Program-made: the position numbers and the translations under genes
In this document: piece by piece, positions 37,084-49,758 of the stretch
Layout of the letters: every line of letters begins with the position of its first letter
How positions within the stretch are numbered: position 1 is the stretch's first letter
The notes under the pieces: generated by a model
What the model was told of the DNA's origin: nothing
Database searches by the model: none
Seen by the model: the letters and a program-made list of their open reading frames with translations, nothing else
Assembly (NCBI GenBank): GCA_003568945.1
Contig: BDIP01000010.1
Span: 1 to 49,897, forward strand
Source of the DNA: Kipferlia bialata
Lineage: Eukaryota
Direction of reading: 5' to 3'
DNA: 49,897 nucleotides

Positions 37084-40000
37084 GGGACGTCATTCTGCAA
37101 GAAATTGCTCTGATATCCACAGAGGTTGAGAGACCTACTGGGTTCGGCTTTGGCTTCTTCTCATTCGGGTATGATTGCGGTGGTAGATCTATCATCATTG
37201 CATCTTGATACACATAATATGATAACAACTCATTTCGGTCCAGCCCCCCCTCTTCCACAGCGTACGCAAGTGAACATCCACCATCCTCTCCCCCCACCTG
37301 TCTCTCACCGCCTCTTCTACATACATATATGTTGTCCTGTCTCTTATCCAGTGGCCCGTCTCCAGCGGAGAGGGCGGCGGCGATGAAGGGTAATGTAGAC
37401 AGAGAGCTAGCCCTTTGCTCAGATGCTCAGAGACAGGAGTTCTTTGCTCTGTCAGACGCCAGGAGGTAGGAGAGCACCTACAAATTATAGCATAGAGTTA
37501 TACACTACATATATTTAGAAGTGTACTGTCAGGCGCTGTATGTACTCCGCACCCTCACCTCCAGCCAGGACTATTACCTGAACGAGCAGTCCTCTCTCGG
37601 CATCATGATGACCAATGCTTTTCTGTCTCATTCGGGAGAGAACATGCTGCTGTTCCCACTGACGTCTAGGTGGGTTACATATTCCCCACTTCTTCGCATC
37701 CCTCCCCCCTGCCCTCTCGCCACGTGATATCCGTATTGGGCTGATGTGTTCCCCCGCTTAGTCTCTTGCTCCTTACTTCCATTGACTCATTCTGACATCA
37801 GGATGAACCACTCATGTGCCCCCAATACCCTATGGCAGGAAGTCACCACTCCCGAGGTACCTATTCAGTCACCTTCTCCCTCCAGTCACATTTGTAACAC
37901 TTATCTCCCTAAATTAGGTATTACTGTATTATGGTTTGTCTTAGTTATCATTCACGTACTACCCATACATTACTTCTCTGATCCCAGGGGGTCAGTATAG
38001 TGGTGAGAGCGGCAAGAGACGTCCCTGCTGAGGAGGAGCTCACCATCTCGTACATCCACTTGTGGTATGGCATTTGTCGTTTATGTGTGCTTCTCATATG
38101 GGGTGAATATATATGGGTATAAATGAAGTCAGATCTCTGATTGTGTCTCCATTTCCCTAGCTACCTGACCCTCTCTTTACTTTCAGGTCAAGCTTCGATG
38201 AGCGTAAGTCTGAACTGGCCAACACCTTCCACTTCAACTGCATGTGCCCTACCTGCAGCCTTGAGGGAGAGGAAAGAGAGAAGTCCGACTCTCGCAGGAA
38301 GCAAGGGTTCTCCTTGATTAAGAAGGTATGTATATCAAGTACGCTATGAGTTGTTACTCCTTACCCCTGATGGCACTCCTGCTACCCCCCCCCCCTTCCT
38401 GCTCTGTTGATACCTCTAATACTCCAGATCCGCCAGGAGGCAGTCGGGATGTTCAACTCAGAGGAGAAGAGTCAGCACCGTGCTCTACTCGAGATGGTGA
38501 CCGAGGTACGTGGTAGAATGTATATGTGACGCATGCCACTATGCTTCGAATGTGTGTGGTACATACTCATTGTTATGTCTCACTGACTCAGGTCATTCAG
38601 CTTCATGACACCGAGTTTGACGCCATTGTTGAGGACTGCGTCTATTGGTACGTGTTTTGCTCCTATGGCATCCACAACACAACAGGATAATATCATACAT
38701 ACCAATGGGATGCGTTATGACCAGAAGTACATGTTGTCATTATCACTCGTGCCACTTCTCCTAACCAAAGGTACGAGGTGGCAATGCTCTGCTCCCTGCT
38801 CCTGGGTGATACCTCAGGGGCTAAGGGATATGCGGCAGAGGCTCTGAGGAGCAAGGTATGAGTACTGTAAGTGCCTCTTTGCTCATCTCTCACACTTCAG
38901 CTTCTCCTTGACGGACCAGAAGCGGCTTGTCACAACAAGAGATACGTAGAGGTGGGTATATTGGGCTGGGACCCCCACTGGGGTATTGAATATATACATT
39001 CACCATTATGTTACCATTTCTAAGCCCTCAATGGTTCCCTTCCTCCAAATACTGACTCTGGGCACACTGATGTAACATAAGTCTTATGTATATATATATA
39101 TATATATTGATTGCTCACCCACAGTCCCCCACCAGTCACCCAGCAGCCGTTGCCCTAGGTCTCGGTTCCTATGTCATCAGGAGGTGGGTGCCTCTTTCCA
39201 TTCATTGTGGATATACGGTGTGTTACAATTATATAGTAGCGCGTCTCCAATCTCAGTCTTCCCGATGGTGTCCATGCCCCCTTATGTCTCGAAGTTCCTG
39301 GGCCATTCCGCATCGCACCTGTACCCGGAAAAGGGATGGGTTTGGTTGCGACTCGGCCACTTATCAGGGTGAGCTGTCAATATCTGTCAAACGTGAATCT
39401 GCTTGGCAGCTTTAGTTAAATACCGATATACTGCTCTGTCCCTTGTTGCCGTCTTCCGACTCTACCTCACCATAGGGCGAGTGCATTCAATATGAGGCTC
39501 CTCTTGTGATACTTGGGAAGGCGGAGAGGAACCGCTGGGACGGGGTAGGCACTCACATGTACGGATATGATATTTATGATCTATAGTAGGGTTGGGTAGA
39601 TGCATTGAGTTTAGGTTGTCCCAGATATACAATCGTTCACCATACACCGACAAACTGTCTTACAGCAGCTATGGTGCCCTGATCCAGGAGAAGCTCATGT
39701 ACCTGACTCAGTCACAGGAGGAGACATTCTGGAGCTTTAGACCAGCCGGGAGGTATTAGAAACGAGTATTTGTTTCTCTCTTCCTTTGAGACTTCTTAGT
39801 GTTCTGTCACCAATGCAAATGACACATGAAATGATCCATTTCTCTTCCGTACTCATTCCAGTGCATGTACGCCTGCCACAGCCGAGTCCATGCTACGCAT
39901 GTTCACCAGTGGAAATAATGAGGCATATCTCTTTCACGCCTTTCCATGGAGGTACAAATACAAATTTATAGCATTATAACTCAGTTATGCTTCGACAATG

Positions 40001-41664
40001 TGTTACGAGTGCAATCTATGTTCGGGTGTGCAAGTATCATATATTGGGTGTGTGACACCTGTTCATTTACTGTAGCATTTGTACATGGCTACCGACATGT
40101 CTCTCCCACCCTAGGATGAACCATTCGTGTGCCCCCAATGTCAGCAACCCGGACGTGGTCTTAGACAAGGTATGTTGCTGGATTCTCACCTATACGCCAC
40201 GCCCTCTCTCCTCAATTCTCTACAATTCCCGGTTTTGTAGAGGTATAATTCATGTGATTAGATAGGATGGTTCTGATGTGTCAATTGATTTCTGACTCAA
40301 GCAACACAACTCGTTCCATGCTCAGAGAGACATAGAGACCGGAGAGGAGCTGACCGTTTCCTACATGCAATCCGTGTAGTACGGGGAGATATATACGTAT
40401 ATATGTTACTGTAATTAGAAAGAAATACTCTGACACCAGCTCTCCCAGAGCGGAGAGGGACCAAACTAACCGCCGTCTGCCTTATATGAAGTTCAGGTGC
40501 AGCTTTTACACTCATATATATCTCACTGTTAGAGTCCTATTGGTTTCGTCTTCCATCGGATCTCCCTCACTCAGGTGCCTCTGCTCTGTGTGTACTCTGC
40601 CCCGGCCTGAGGCTGCAGCCAGTGACAGAAACAGGCAGAGGATGACCGAGCTCTTCCCCCAGGCATGTGGCGTCTCATGCTGCACTAATTCCCCTCACCC
40701 CAGATGATGGGTGACAAGGGAGTGGCCAAGGCCAAGGTTACAGAGGTGTGTCATGTGAGAGGGAAGAGGGGGGTCAAAACGTGACGTGGTCACATGGGGT
40801 GGTAGCTGTAGTAGCCTCAATCTACTGAGTATGTCTGGTATATGTATTGATAACGTCTCGGGGCCTCTCACCTCCAGCTCATTAGCCTCATTGATCAAGG
40901 GCTCCAGTCTCCAGGCCATCTGCAGGATGTGTACGTTTACAATTGACACATCCACACTCATATATGTACTGAGTTTGATTTATATTCTTTGTGGCTATGA
41001 GTATACTTGTGTTGCATGAGAGAATCCCCAGTAACTTGGCACAAATGATATTAAATCGGTAACTCTATATTCCAAATCCCCTTAACTCAACAATCCAGGC
41101 ACTACAAGGCCATGAAGGACTCGGTGAAGCGCAAGCACTACAAGATGGCCACCTTCCATGCCCTGGAGGCTCTGAAGAACAAGGTAGAGTTCTATTCCGT
41201 GCATTTCTGACCTGATACTAGTAAATCTTTCTCCTTTGTGCACCCTCACTCATCCCAGATGCTGACCGAAGGCGACCACCCTGGGTGTGCCAAGTACAAG
41301 CTGTATGCTGAGGTTAGATACTTTTCACAGGCATATGTGTACATCAACAATCTCTCACCCACAGAGGCCATGGCTAGTGCTGAACCAGGAGGCCCCGGGA
41401 CAGGTTGCCAAGGTAACAATAGCCTACATGTGTATACTATACCCACTACTTCTATGAATTCTCACCCAGCCTCTGGACTACCCATATGTCAACAGGGGTC
41501 CAGGCCTGTCCTTTGCGTATGCCCTCCGCCACTATGAGACCACTCGTCCCGTCAAGAAGGCCCGCAAGCCCAGGTCCAAGACCACAACAACCTCGAAGGG
41601 TGCCGCCAGCGGAAAGAGGGACAGTCGCATGTCTGACAGACTCGCCAAGCAGCCTCATGATTAA
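37084..41664 (+). CDS. SET-domain lysine methyltransferase with two tandem SET/post-SET modules (SMYD-like); first exon missing
   Basis: Module 1: GDVILQE, TNAF, SR|MNHSCAPN, EEELTISY, FNCMCPTC. Module 2: PGKGMGLVATR|GECI, R|MNHSCAPN, GEELTVSY, FR|CLCSVC. Consensus splicing joins them in frame; stop at 41664. Confidence 0.8.
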
Positions 41665-42365
41665 GGGTGTAGAATACACCATTCCCCAGCACAGGTCCGT
41701 CAGAAGACCTAGTCTAGGTCTGACCTAGATGATGACCTAGGGACACAATATCCGCATATATGTACTGGCAACTATTCTGCCTCACATCCATCGGAATAGA
41801 TGGTTCTACACTCGATTTTCTCTACTTCTAATAGATTCATTGGACCAAAAACACCTGAGTCGGTGTCTCACACTACCTGATGTCAAAATGAATAATAACT
41901 GACATTGGTTGAGAGAATTCTCTAGAGAGTCTTTGATAGATCGTTGTCATTTTGTATTCAGAATCCAGTTCGTTTCATACACTAACGTGGAAACATCACT
42001 CTCCCACTCCTTGTGTCCTTAGGAGTCCCAAGGACCTTAAGCATCCTTATCTCTGACACATGGGGCAGACTGGGAGGGACAAGAGAATGCAGTTGTACAT
42101 TGGAATCCAATGATATCCAATTTGGATATATATTGGAGTGGGGTATATCCTGGATATGTTTCTATGTGTAAAGAAGAAATTCATAGTATATAGATTCTGT
42201 ACATTTATGATAGAGTAAGAGAGTGGGTAATGTTTACAATAACCACAGTCAATACTTCAAACTATGTAGTCGAGACTGAGATGACTCGGAGACGCTCTAT
42301 TAACAGCTGTAAGAAAAGACAGATCCATGCCAGAGATAGGACTCCTATTATAGGAGATCCATGCA

Positions 42366-45300
42366 TTAGTGTAGCCATCTGCTATCTAGTAGGGTCTGTA
42401 TGGACCGTGCATCGCGGTGGTCATAGGATATGTACTCACTACTGGCATCAAAGACAAACACTGCCAGTCTACCCACTCTAGAGCCCTGCCCTCTCTCGTG
42501 CATCCTCTCCACTAGACCCTCAATGCGGTGTCTCAGCCACGCATCTGCTGATGTGTTGTGGTCTTTGCCCTCCTGATCACTAACCAGCCCAGAGGTGGAT
42601 ACCATTAGGATGCTGCATGCATCACCATCATATGAGGCACCATGGCCTGTGTCGAGGGAGTACTCATCACTGAATAGTGGCGAGTCTGCCTTGTAGTGTC
42701 TGAATATGACACGGGCAGGCAGCAGAACACCAGACTGAGGTGAGACTATATGTATGCTTCCCTACATTAGTGACAATAGTCATGATATGGGTGTATACAC
42801 CTGTGCGGCTGCTCTCTTAGGGACTGGCTCGCCTACATCCGGGATGTCAGGCACTCTCTCTCTCTGGGCTGCTGCCCCCACTCCAGTTGTCTGCATTCTA
42901 GGTACCACCACTGCAAACAGACCCTCCTCTGGTGGGTTACGAGTGCTCGTATACAGCATCAGGGTACGTGCCGTGTATGCAAGCTCCAGCTGAGGTGTGA
43001 GGGACAGCAAGAATACACGGAGATAAAACAATTCATGCAGTGTTAGTATATCATAACCATTCAATCATAATAGTCATAACCATTACTGAGATGGAATTGC
43101 GGAATCCATGGAATACACACGGCACGAGGATGTAAATAACCACAGTGATCTAACCACTAGTACAAGTCTTGGCCAATCATTCACCCTGTATACCTTCCTA
43201 GTGAGCTCGCTAGCATCCTCTGCCTCTTTTGGGTCATCAGTGGGTGGTAGACGCACCACAGCCATGGGACACACATACCCCTGGGGTGTGAATGTATAGT
43301 GAATAGGGGAAAGACATGCAAAGATAAGGCATGAAGTCAGAATATACAATACTGATACTATACCCCTGGGGGGTGAGGAGACAGTAGTACTGTTGCATAT
43401 ACACACCATGTGGGGAAGAGGTGCAAAGCAAAGACATGGAGTCAATGTAGATAGGATAGACTTAGTATATATCCACATTAGTGGCATGGAACATATTGGA
43501 GAGGTGTACAATAGGATTAGTGGGGTACAACCGATATCCTACAAGAGAATTACTCTCAGTGAGATGGATGATGTGGTCAGTGCATTGAGTCTGGTGCACT
43601 ATACTATACATACTGTACTGTACTATATACACTACACTATACTATTTACTATATGCACTATACTGTACAGGATACACTGTGCTATACCATACCTCATAAT
43701 ATACTGTATACCTGGTATGTGGGACTTGCCAGATCAGGACCTATCCAGCTACACGTTGCAAGGTGTGCCAGTCTAAGCAGATATGCCTGCACTGTGAGTG
43801 CTGAGGCCTCTTCAAACAGTGACATCATTGAGAACATGTTCATATGTATAAGTCTCTTGACCCTTGATATATAAGATCTTCCTTACTAAAAATATACCTC
43901 CAGGGGCATTGCCTCATAGGGTGTGCATGGTGGGACTGGGACAATTGGGACAGTTGGGACAATTGGGACAATTGCACGTGGCGTATCACACATACCGGCC
44001 AGTATCATCAGCAGAGCCATGTTCTCCACTGGGGGTAAGAGGTAATGATGGATATGTGATTGATGGATCTGTTGCTCTCACACCAGACGTACCTATAAGT
44101 GATGGAACCATCCTTGACTGAAACAGGTCAGCGTGGAACGGCGTAGTGACTATGTCGAAGCAGGGACTCTCCCCACTCTCCCCACTCTCTACAAGGCACC
44201 CGCTCGCTGCACTCTCTACTGTCTTCACTATGGCATAGTTGAGAAAGGCATCACAGGGAGTCCTGACACAATAGGCCATATTGTCAGCGGTGTACCCTCT
44301 CTGCCTGTCTCTAGGGGTGCCACTCTCTCTGAGCTGTGGCACCTGTGGCACCAACTCCATGAAGCCCTGGGTCACTAGATGGTAGACCCTGGGAGATATA
44401 TGGAGGTCCATGACATCAGGGGCCATGTGGAGCTTGGCAGCTTCGACTAGGCTGTATGTGCCGTCCTCGCCAGTGAATGCGGCAAAGTGCTCTGTCACTA
44501 CCTTAGTGATGTAGTCTAGATAGGCTGTGTGTGCTAGAGATGCCTCTGAGGGGGATGTGTCGCCACCCACAAGGGTAGACAGACTGTTAGACATGCTGTT
44601 CTTCACAAGTGTACACAGACTGTTGTCGGACCAGGCTGCCCTGGGTACCCAGTCCATAGGGGGGACACTCACCCCAGGGGGTAGGGTGGGATCAGTACCA
44701 GTATCCATGTGTGGCATAGGCCCTATGATAGGGGGGACACCTACACCAGGGGGTAGGGTGGGAGGCACAGCCACACCAGTATCTTCCACCCCTACCTGTC
44801 TCTCACAGCTGTCAGACACTGGAGAGGACAGAGCCTGTAATGCCAGTTGCATCTGGGCGATGTTGCACTTGTCCTGCTCACAACTGATGCGTGTGACCTC
44901 TGCACCCTGACTCAGGGCCCCAACACCCACCTGGAGTCAGGGACATATGTGTGTACAGCAGAGTTACTCTGCCAGACTATGGTACAATGCAACATTGGCA
45001 AGAGGTCTCACGCATTGTGGGTCAGAGAGAAACATGAATGTCCTTGTACCTGTATAGGTGGAAGGGTGTCTGTGTGGAGTGTCCTACACCTACTATACCC
45101 ACGGCACTTGGGCATTGACACTACATTACGGTAGCTGGGGGTAAGTAGAGTAGAGGATTCCGATGCACTCTACTATAGACTACAGTCTGTGTTATACTAC
45201 TTAGCCAAGTAAGTCTATCTACTAATACTACTACATATGCCTATCAGTTCACAAGGTTATTAGTGCTACTTATACCTGGGTGTGCCCTTGCATATGTATT

Positions 45301-48300
45301 CACAAGTGTTATACTCTATTAACATCCTATGTAATATTAATTTGTCATTCAGACTGGTATTATCACGGCTGTACCTGGGTGTGCCCTTGCCACCATATAT
45401 GCATACAAAGTCACAAAGTAATCTGTACTATAGACTATGGCCTATAGTACCTGGGTGTGCCGTTGCATGTGTACCCACCAGTGTGCATCTCTGTCTTGAC
45501 CTTGAGCAGTGATACATCCCTACCCATCAATACTACCATGAGGGGAATGCCCAGGCGCTCAACATATCTGGGGGTGATAAGTGATATATGTGAGTATCTT
45601 ACTCTGCTTTCTGTTACTAAGGCAGTTCACAAATAGTGAACTACACTCTAATGTGTTAGCTATATACCTTGCTGCGTGTGTGAACAGACCGTACAGGTAT
45701 CCCCTTGGGTCATCCCTCAACAGCGCATCTGCCTCATCAACAATGACCACATGGGTTCTCTCTCTCTCTATCTCTCCCTGTCCACCTCCCTGAGCAGTGC
45801 CCTCTGTGCTAGACACCCCCTTTCTCTCCACCTCTCTCTCTTTCTGTCTCTGCTTCAGTGCCTCCTCAGCCATCTTCTGCACAATCCATCTGGAGTTAGT
45901 ATATACTAAGTACTATGTATACTGTATGTACTATCTGCACAATCCACCTGGTGTTAGTATATACTATGATCTATGTACAGTATACATTGTATACTATGTA
46001 TGCTATCTGCACAATCCANNNNNNNNNNNNNNNNNNNNNNNNNNNNNNNNNNNNNNNNNNNNNNNNNNNNNNNNNNNNNNNNNNNNNNNNNNNNNNNNNN
46101 NNNNNNNNNNNNNNNNNNNNNNNNNNNNNNNNNNNNNNNNNNNNNNNNNNNNNNNNNNNNNNNNNNNNNNNNNNNNNNNNNNNNNNNNNNNNNNNNNNNN
46201 NNNNNNNNNNNNNNNNNNNNNNNNNNNNNNNNNNNNNNNNNNNNNNNNNNNNNNNNNNNNNNNNNNNNNNNNNNNNNNNNNNNNNNNNNNNNNNNNNNNN
46301 NNNNNNNNNNNNNNNNNNNNNNNNNNNNNNNNNNNNNNNNNNNNNNNNNNNNNNNNNNNNNNNNNNNNNNNNNNNNNNNNNNNNNNNNNNNNNNNNNNNN
46401 NNNNNNNNNNNNNNNNNNNNNNNNNNNNNNNNNNNNNNNNNNNNNNNNNNNNNNNNNNNNNNNNNNNNNNNNNNNNNNNNNNNNNNNNNNNNNNNNNNNN
46501 NNNNNNNNNNNNNNNNNNNNNNNNNNNNNNNNNNNNNNNNNNNNNNNNNNNNNNNNNNNNNNNNNNNNNNNNNNNNNNNNNNNNNNNNNNNNNNNNNNNN
46601 NNNNNNNNNNNNNNNNNNNNNNNNNNNNNNNNNNNNNNNNNNNNNNNNNNNNNNNNNNNNNNNNNNNNNNNNNNNNNNNNNNNNNNNNNNNNNNNNNNNN
46701 NNNNNNNNNNNNNNNNNNNNNNNNNNNNNNNNNNNNNNNNNNNNNNNNNNNNNNNNNNNNNNNNNNNNNNNNNNNNNNNNNNNNNNNNNNNNNNNNNNNN
46801 NNNNNNNNNNNNNNNNNNNNNNNNNNNNNNNNNNNNNNNNNNNNNNNNNNNNNNNNNNNNNNNNNNNNNNNNNNNNNNNNNNNNNNNNNNNNNNNNNNNN
46901 NNNNNNNNNNNNNNNNNNNNNNNNNNNNNNNNNNNNNNNNNNNNNNNNNNNNNNNNNGTGTTAGTATATACAATGTACTATGTATACTATATATACTATC
47001 TGCACAATCCACTTGAAGTAATGTGTATAGTGATACCGATCCTTGGCACGTTTTCCATTGAATCAGGTATACTAACGTTTCGAACATTATACTCTCCACC
47101 TTACAAATGAATCAGTGTGTATAGATGTGTGAAGAAAGACCTTATATATACACCCACCTTGTACCGTCCCCAGACCTGTCAGAGTGGTACATACTTGTAT
47201 ATACACACAAATATATATACATGTATATACACATATATTGACCCACGTTCTACCGTCCCCAGACCTGTCAGAATCAGTGTACACTTATATATATAATAAC
47301 CCTCTACAAATAGGGTTGGATACTGTATATTAATGACTATACGCACCTTGTACCGTCCCCAGACCTGTCTGAGTGGTAGCATGTGTTGTCGAGTAGTCTG
47401 GCTATGGCGTCCACACCAAGTCTCAGCAGGGTGCCCAGCAGCAGAATGACACACCTGGTATGAGTCACGTTCACATGATAGAGTGCAGAAATATATATTG
47501 TCTGGCAGAAGGACATACCTGTTATCAATATGATGAGTCACGGTCATCACAAATTGTAAACTGTTTGCGTATATATTGGGTGCCCAATTGCAGAATGACA
47601 CATCTGGTGTTATAAACATAGATATATACACATATACCCATGACATAGGATAGAAACAACTCCAATACTATACATGGTATACTATATAGATATAGGAATA
47701 TAGATAGTCCTGAAGTAGAATACCAAACCTGACCGTCAGTATGTTCAATATATTGATACAGGGAACTATGCGATATAGGAAGAGACAGAGTGTAACTATG
47801 TATGTCCCCTATTCTAATAAGTGTCTAGATGTCGTCATGAGTCAAGTATCTCTCCCACCTATGCACAATCAGATTGAAGATGACTGTCCTCCTTCTGTCC
47901 TCCACCGTGTCTCTAGGGGGTGTCCCACCCAGACAGTCTCTCTCCTCCTCGTACATCAACTTATACCTGATCTCCTGCCCATACTCAATGTAGGGTTGCT
48001 GGTGTGAGTATGTACAGGTATCTTCCGTTTATAGATGTGCCCAGTACTAGTAGCAAAACCTTCCCATGCTCGATAAAGTGTTGCTCATATGAGTATATGC
48101 CACTAAATAGGCCCATCAGACTCCCTGTCTACACAAATATATGTAGTTGCTAGTATCTGCTCTCTGTATTTACGTGTGATAAATACTATTCCTGATACCT
48201 GTCCCTCCATGTAGCGATACATATCTCAATGACATTCACAGATATCTGATGTGAATAGTTATATACATATGATACCTGTCCATCCATGTAGCGCATGTTC

Positions 48301-49758
48301 TGACTCACACACATATTGATTGAGTAAGAATACATATCTCAATGATATTCACAGATCTCTGATGTGAATACTTATATACATATGATACCTGTCCATCCAT
48401 GTAGCGCATCTTCTGACTGACTCCGTCTTTAGTGGGACGGAAGCTAATGTACGAGTAGAGCAGGGAGTCTTGGAGGGTCTCCTAAATGGTCAGTGAGCCA
48501 GACATATGTATGGTTGTCAGTAATATCCTTATGAGTGCATTGAAATACATAACCAATACCTCTCCCAGCGTAACCACTGACCCTGCTGATCCTATCTATA
48601 CATATAACTATACTGTTATATCAAGAAAGTGTATATATAGTATACATATACATGTGTACCCATACCTCTCTATATGCCTCTAATGCCTCTGATGCCAATG
48701 CGTCATTCTATAGAAAGATATCCACATACATTCATAGTATGAGTGTATGTATATGTATATTCATACATCTGTATACATATATATGTATATTCATACATCT
48801 GTATACATATATATGTATATACATACATCTGTATACATATTGATGTCTCACCTCCCTCAATGCAAACAATGCCCCTGCTGCCGATGTCTTTCCAGACAGA
48901 GCACTACAGACACACACAACGAGAGGGGCAATGTATGTGTTGTTGTCTCCCCTGACTAGTCTATATGCCCTCAGACGGTCCAATATCTATGGTGAATCAT
49001 CACACAGTAACTAAATACATATTGACATACATCAAGCAGGATGATTCCGCAATACTATGGTACTGTGTGAGACCAGAGAGACGATGGAAACGAGCAGTGC
49101 ATGTATGTGTGTACACCGTATATATGCAGTTATGTTGATTCATATGTACCTCTTTCACATGCCTTGTAGACAGGAGTCAATAAACATTGGATATGTATAG
49201 GAAACACTGGAGAAACAAATGCATACATGATACCTGAATGTGTATTGACATTGGGGTAGAGTAGCGTGTCGGCCCGTCACCCCTACACCGATGGCTGTCT
49301 ATGCACACTCTAAGGAGAGAGGCAGCATCGAGAGAGGGAGGGACAGGGAGGAGGGTATCCCCTGGCCTACCAGCCATGTCAGCAGTGTCAGGGGTCTGGG
49401 AGTGAGACTCACTCTCTATCTGATATGATTACACACACATATACATATATATGAATACATACATGAACATATGTAGTGTCAGGGGTTTGGGAGTGAGATA
49501 CACTCTCTATCTGCTATGTTTACACACACACACATATATACATTCGTATCAATACATATATGTACATATACTACACCTATTATATATCCACATAGGCTAT
49601 TTCTATGATGTGAATGAACACATACTACATGTCTAGCCCTACCGGTTGTGAGCGTATGAGGGAGAGCAGCAGCCGTTCCATGTAGGGTGGGAACACACTG
49701 TGACTTGTGCTCATGGCAACCATAGTCCGGTGCTTCTGTACAATGTAGATATGATTCT
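42366..49758 (-). CDS. Large divergent P-loop NTPase, multi-exon; spans an assembly gap and is 5'-truncated
   Basis: Walker A-like YIAPLVVCVCSALSGKTS (about 48880-48930), Walker B HVVIVDEADALL (about 45720-45750), many consensus-bounded exons, stop at 42366. Confidence 0.55.
43937..43974. repeat. 9-bp tandem repeat (tgggacaat) x about 4
   Basis: Read directly; lies at an intron 3' end of the minus-strand NTPase gene. Confidence 0.85.
45876..47012. repeat. Tandem repeat ctgcacaatccacctggtgttagtatatact... flanking the gap
   Basis: Copies of tctgcacaatcca at about 45876, 45934, 46006 and 46999. Confidence 0.85.
46019..46957. other. Assembly gap (N run)
   Basis: Run of n; both flanks carry the same roughly 60-70 bp repeat unit. 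Confidence 1.
48751..48840. repeat. Intronic minisatellite, about 30 bp x3
   Basis: atatgtatattcatacatctgtatacatat repeated three times. Confidence 0.9.

Noticed and set aside
45559..45882. Orc1/Cdc6 assignment from the Walker B motif
   Set aside because: The Walker A context (SALSGKT) and downstream sequence do not match Cdc6/Orc1 motifs; kept as a generic NTPase.
45797..47110. Long ORFs of 347-437 aa
   Set aside because: They are translations through the N gap.
45876..48420. Repeat-spacer-like arrays resembling CRISPR
   Set aside because: Eukaryotic context, no cas genes, irregular AT-rich spacers; the repeats are copies of splice junctions.
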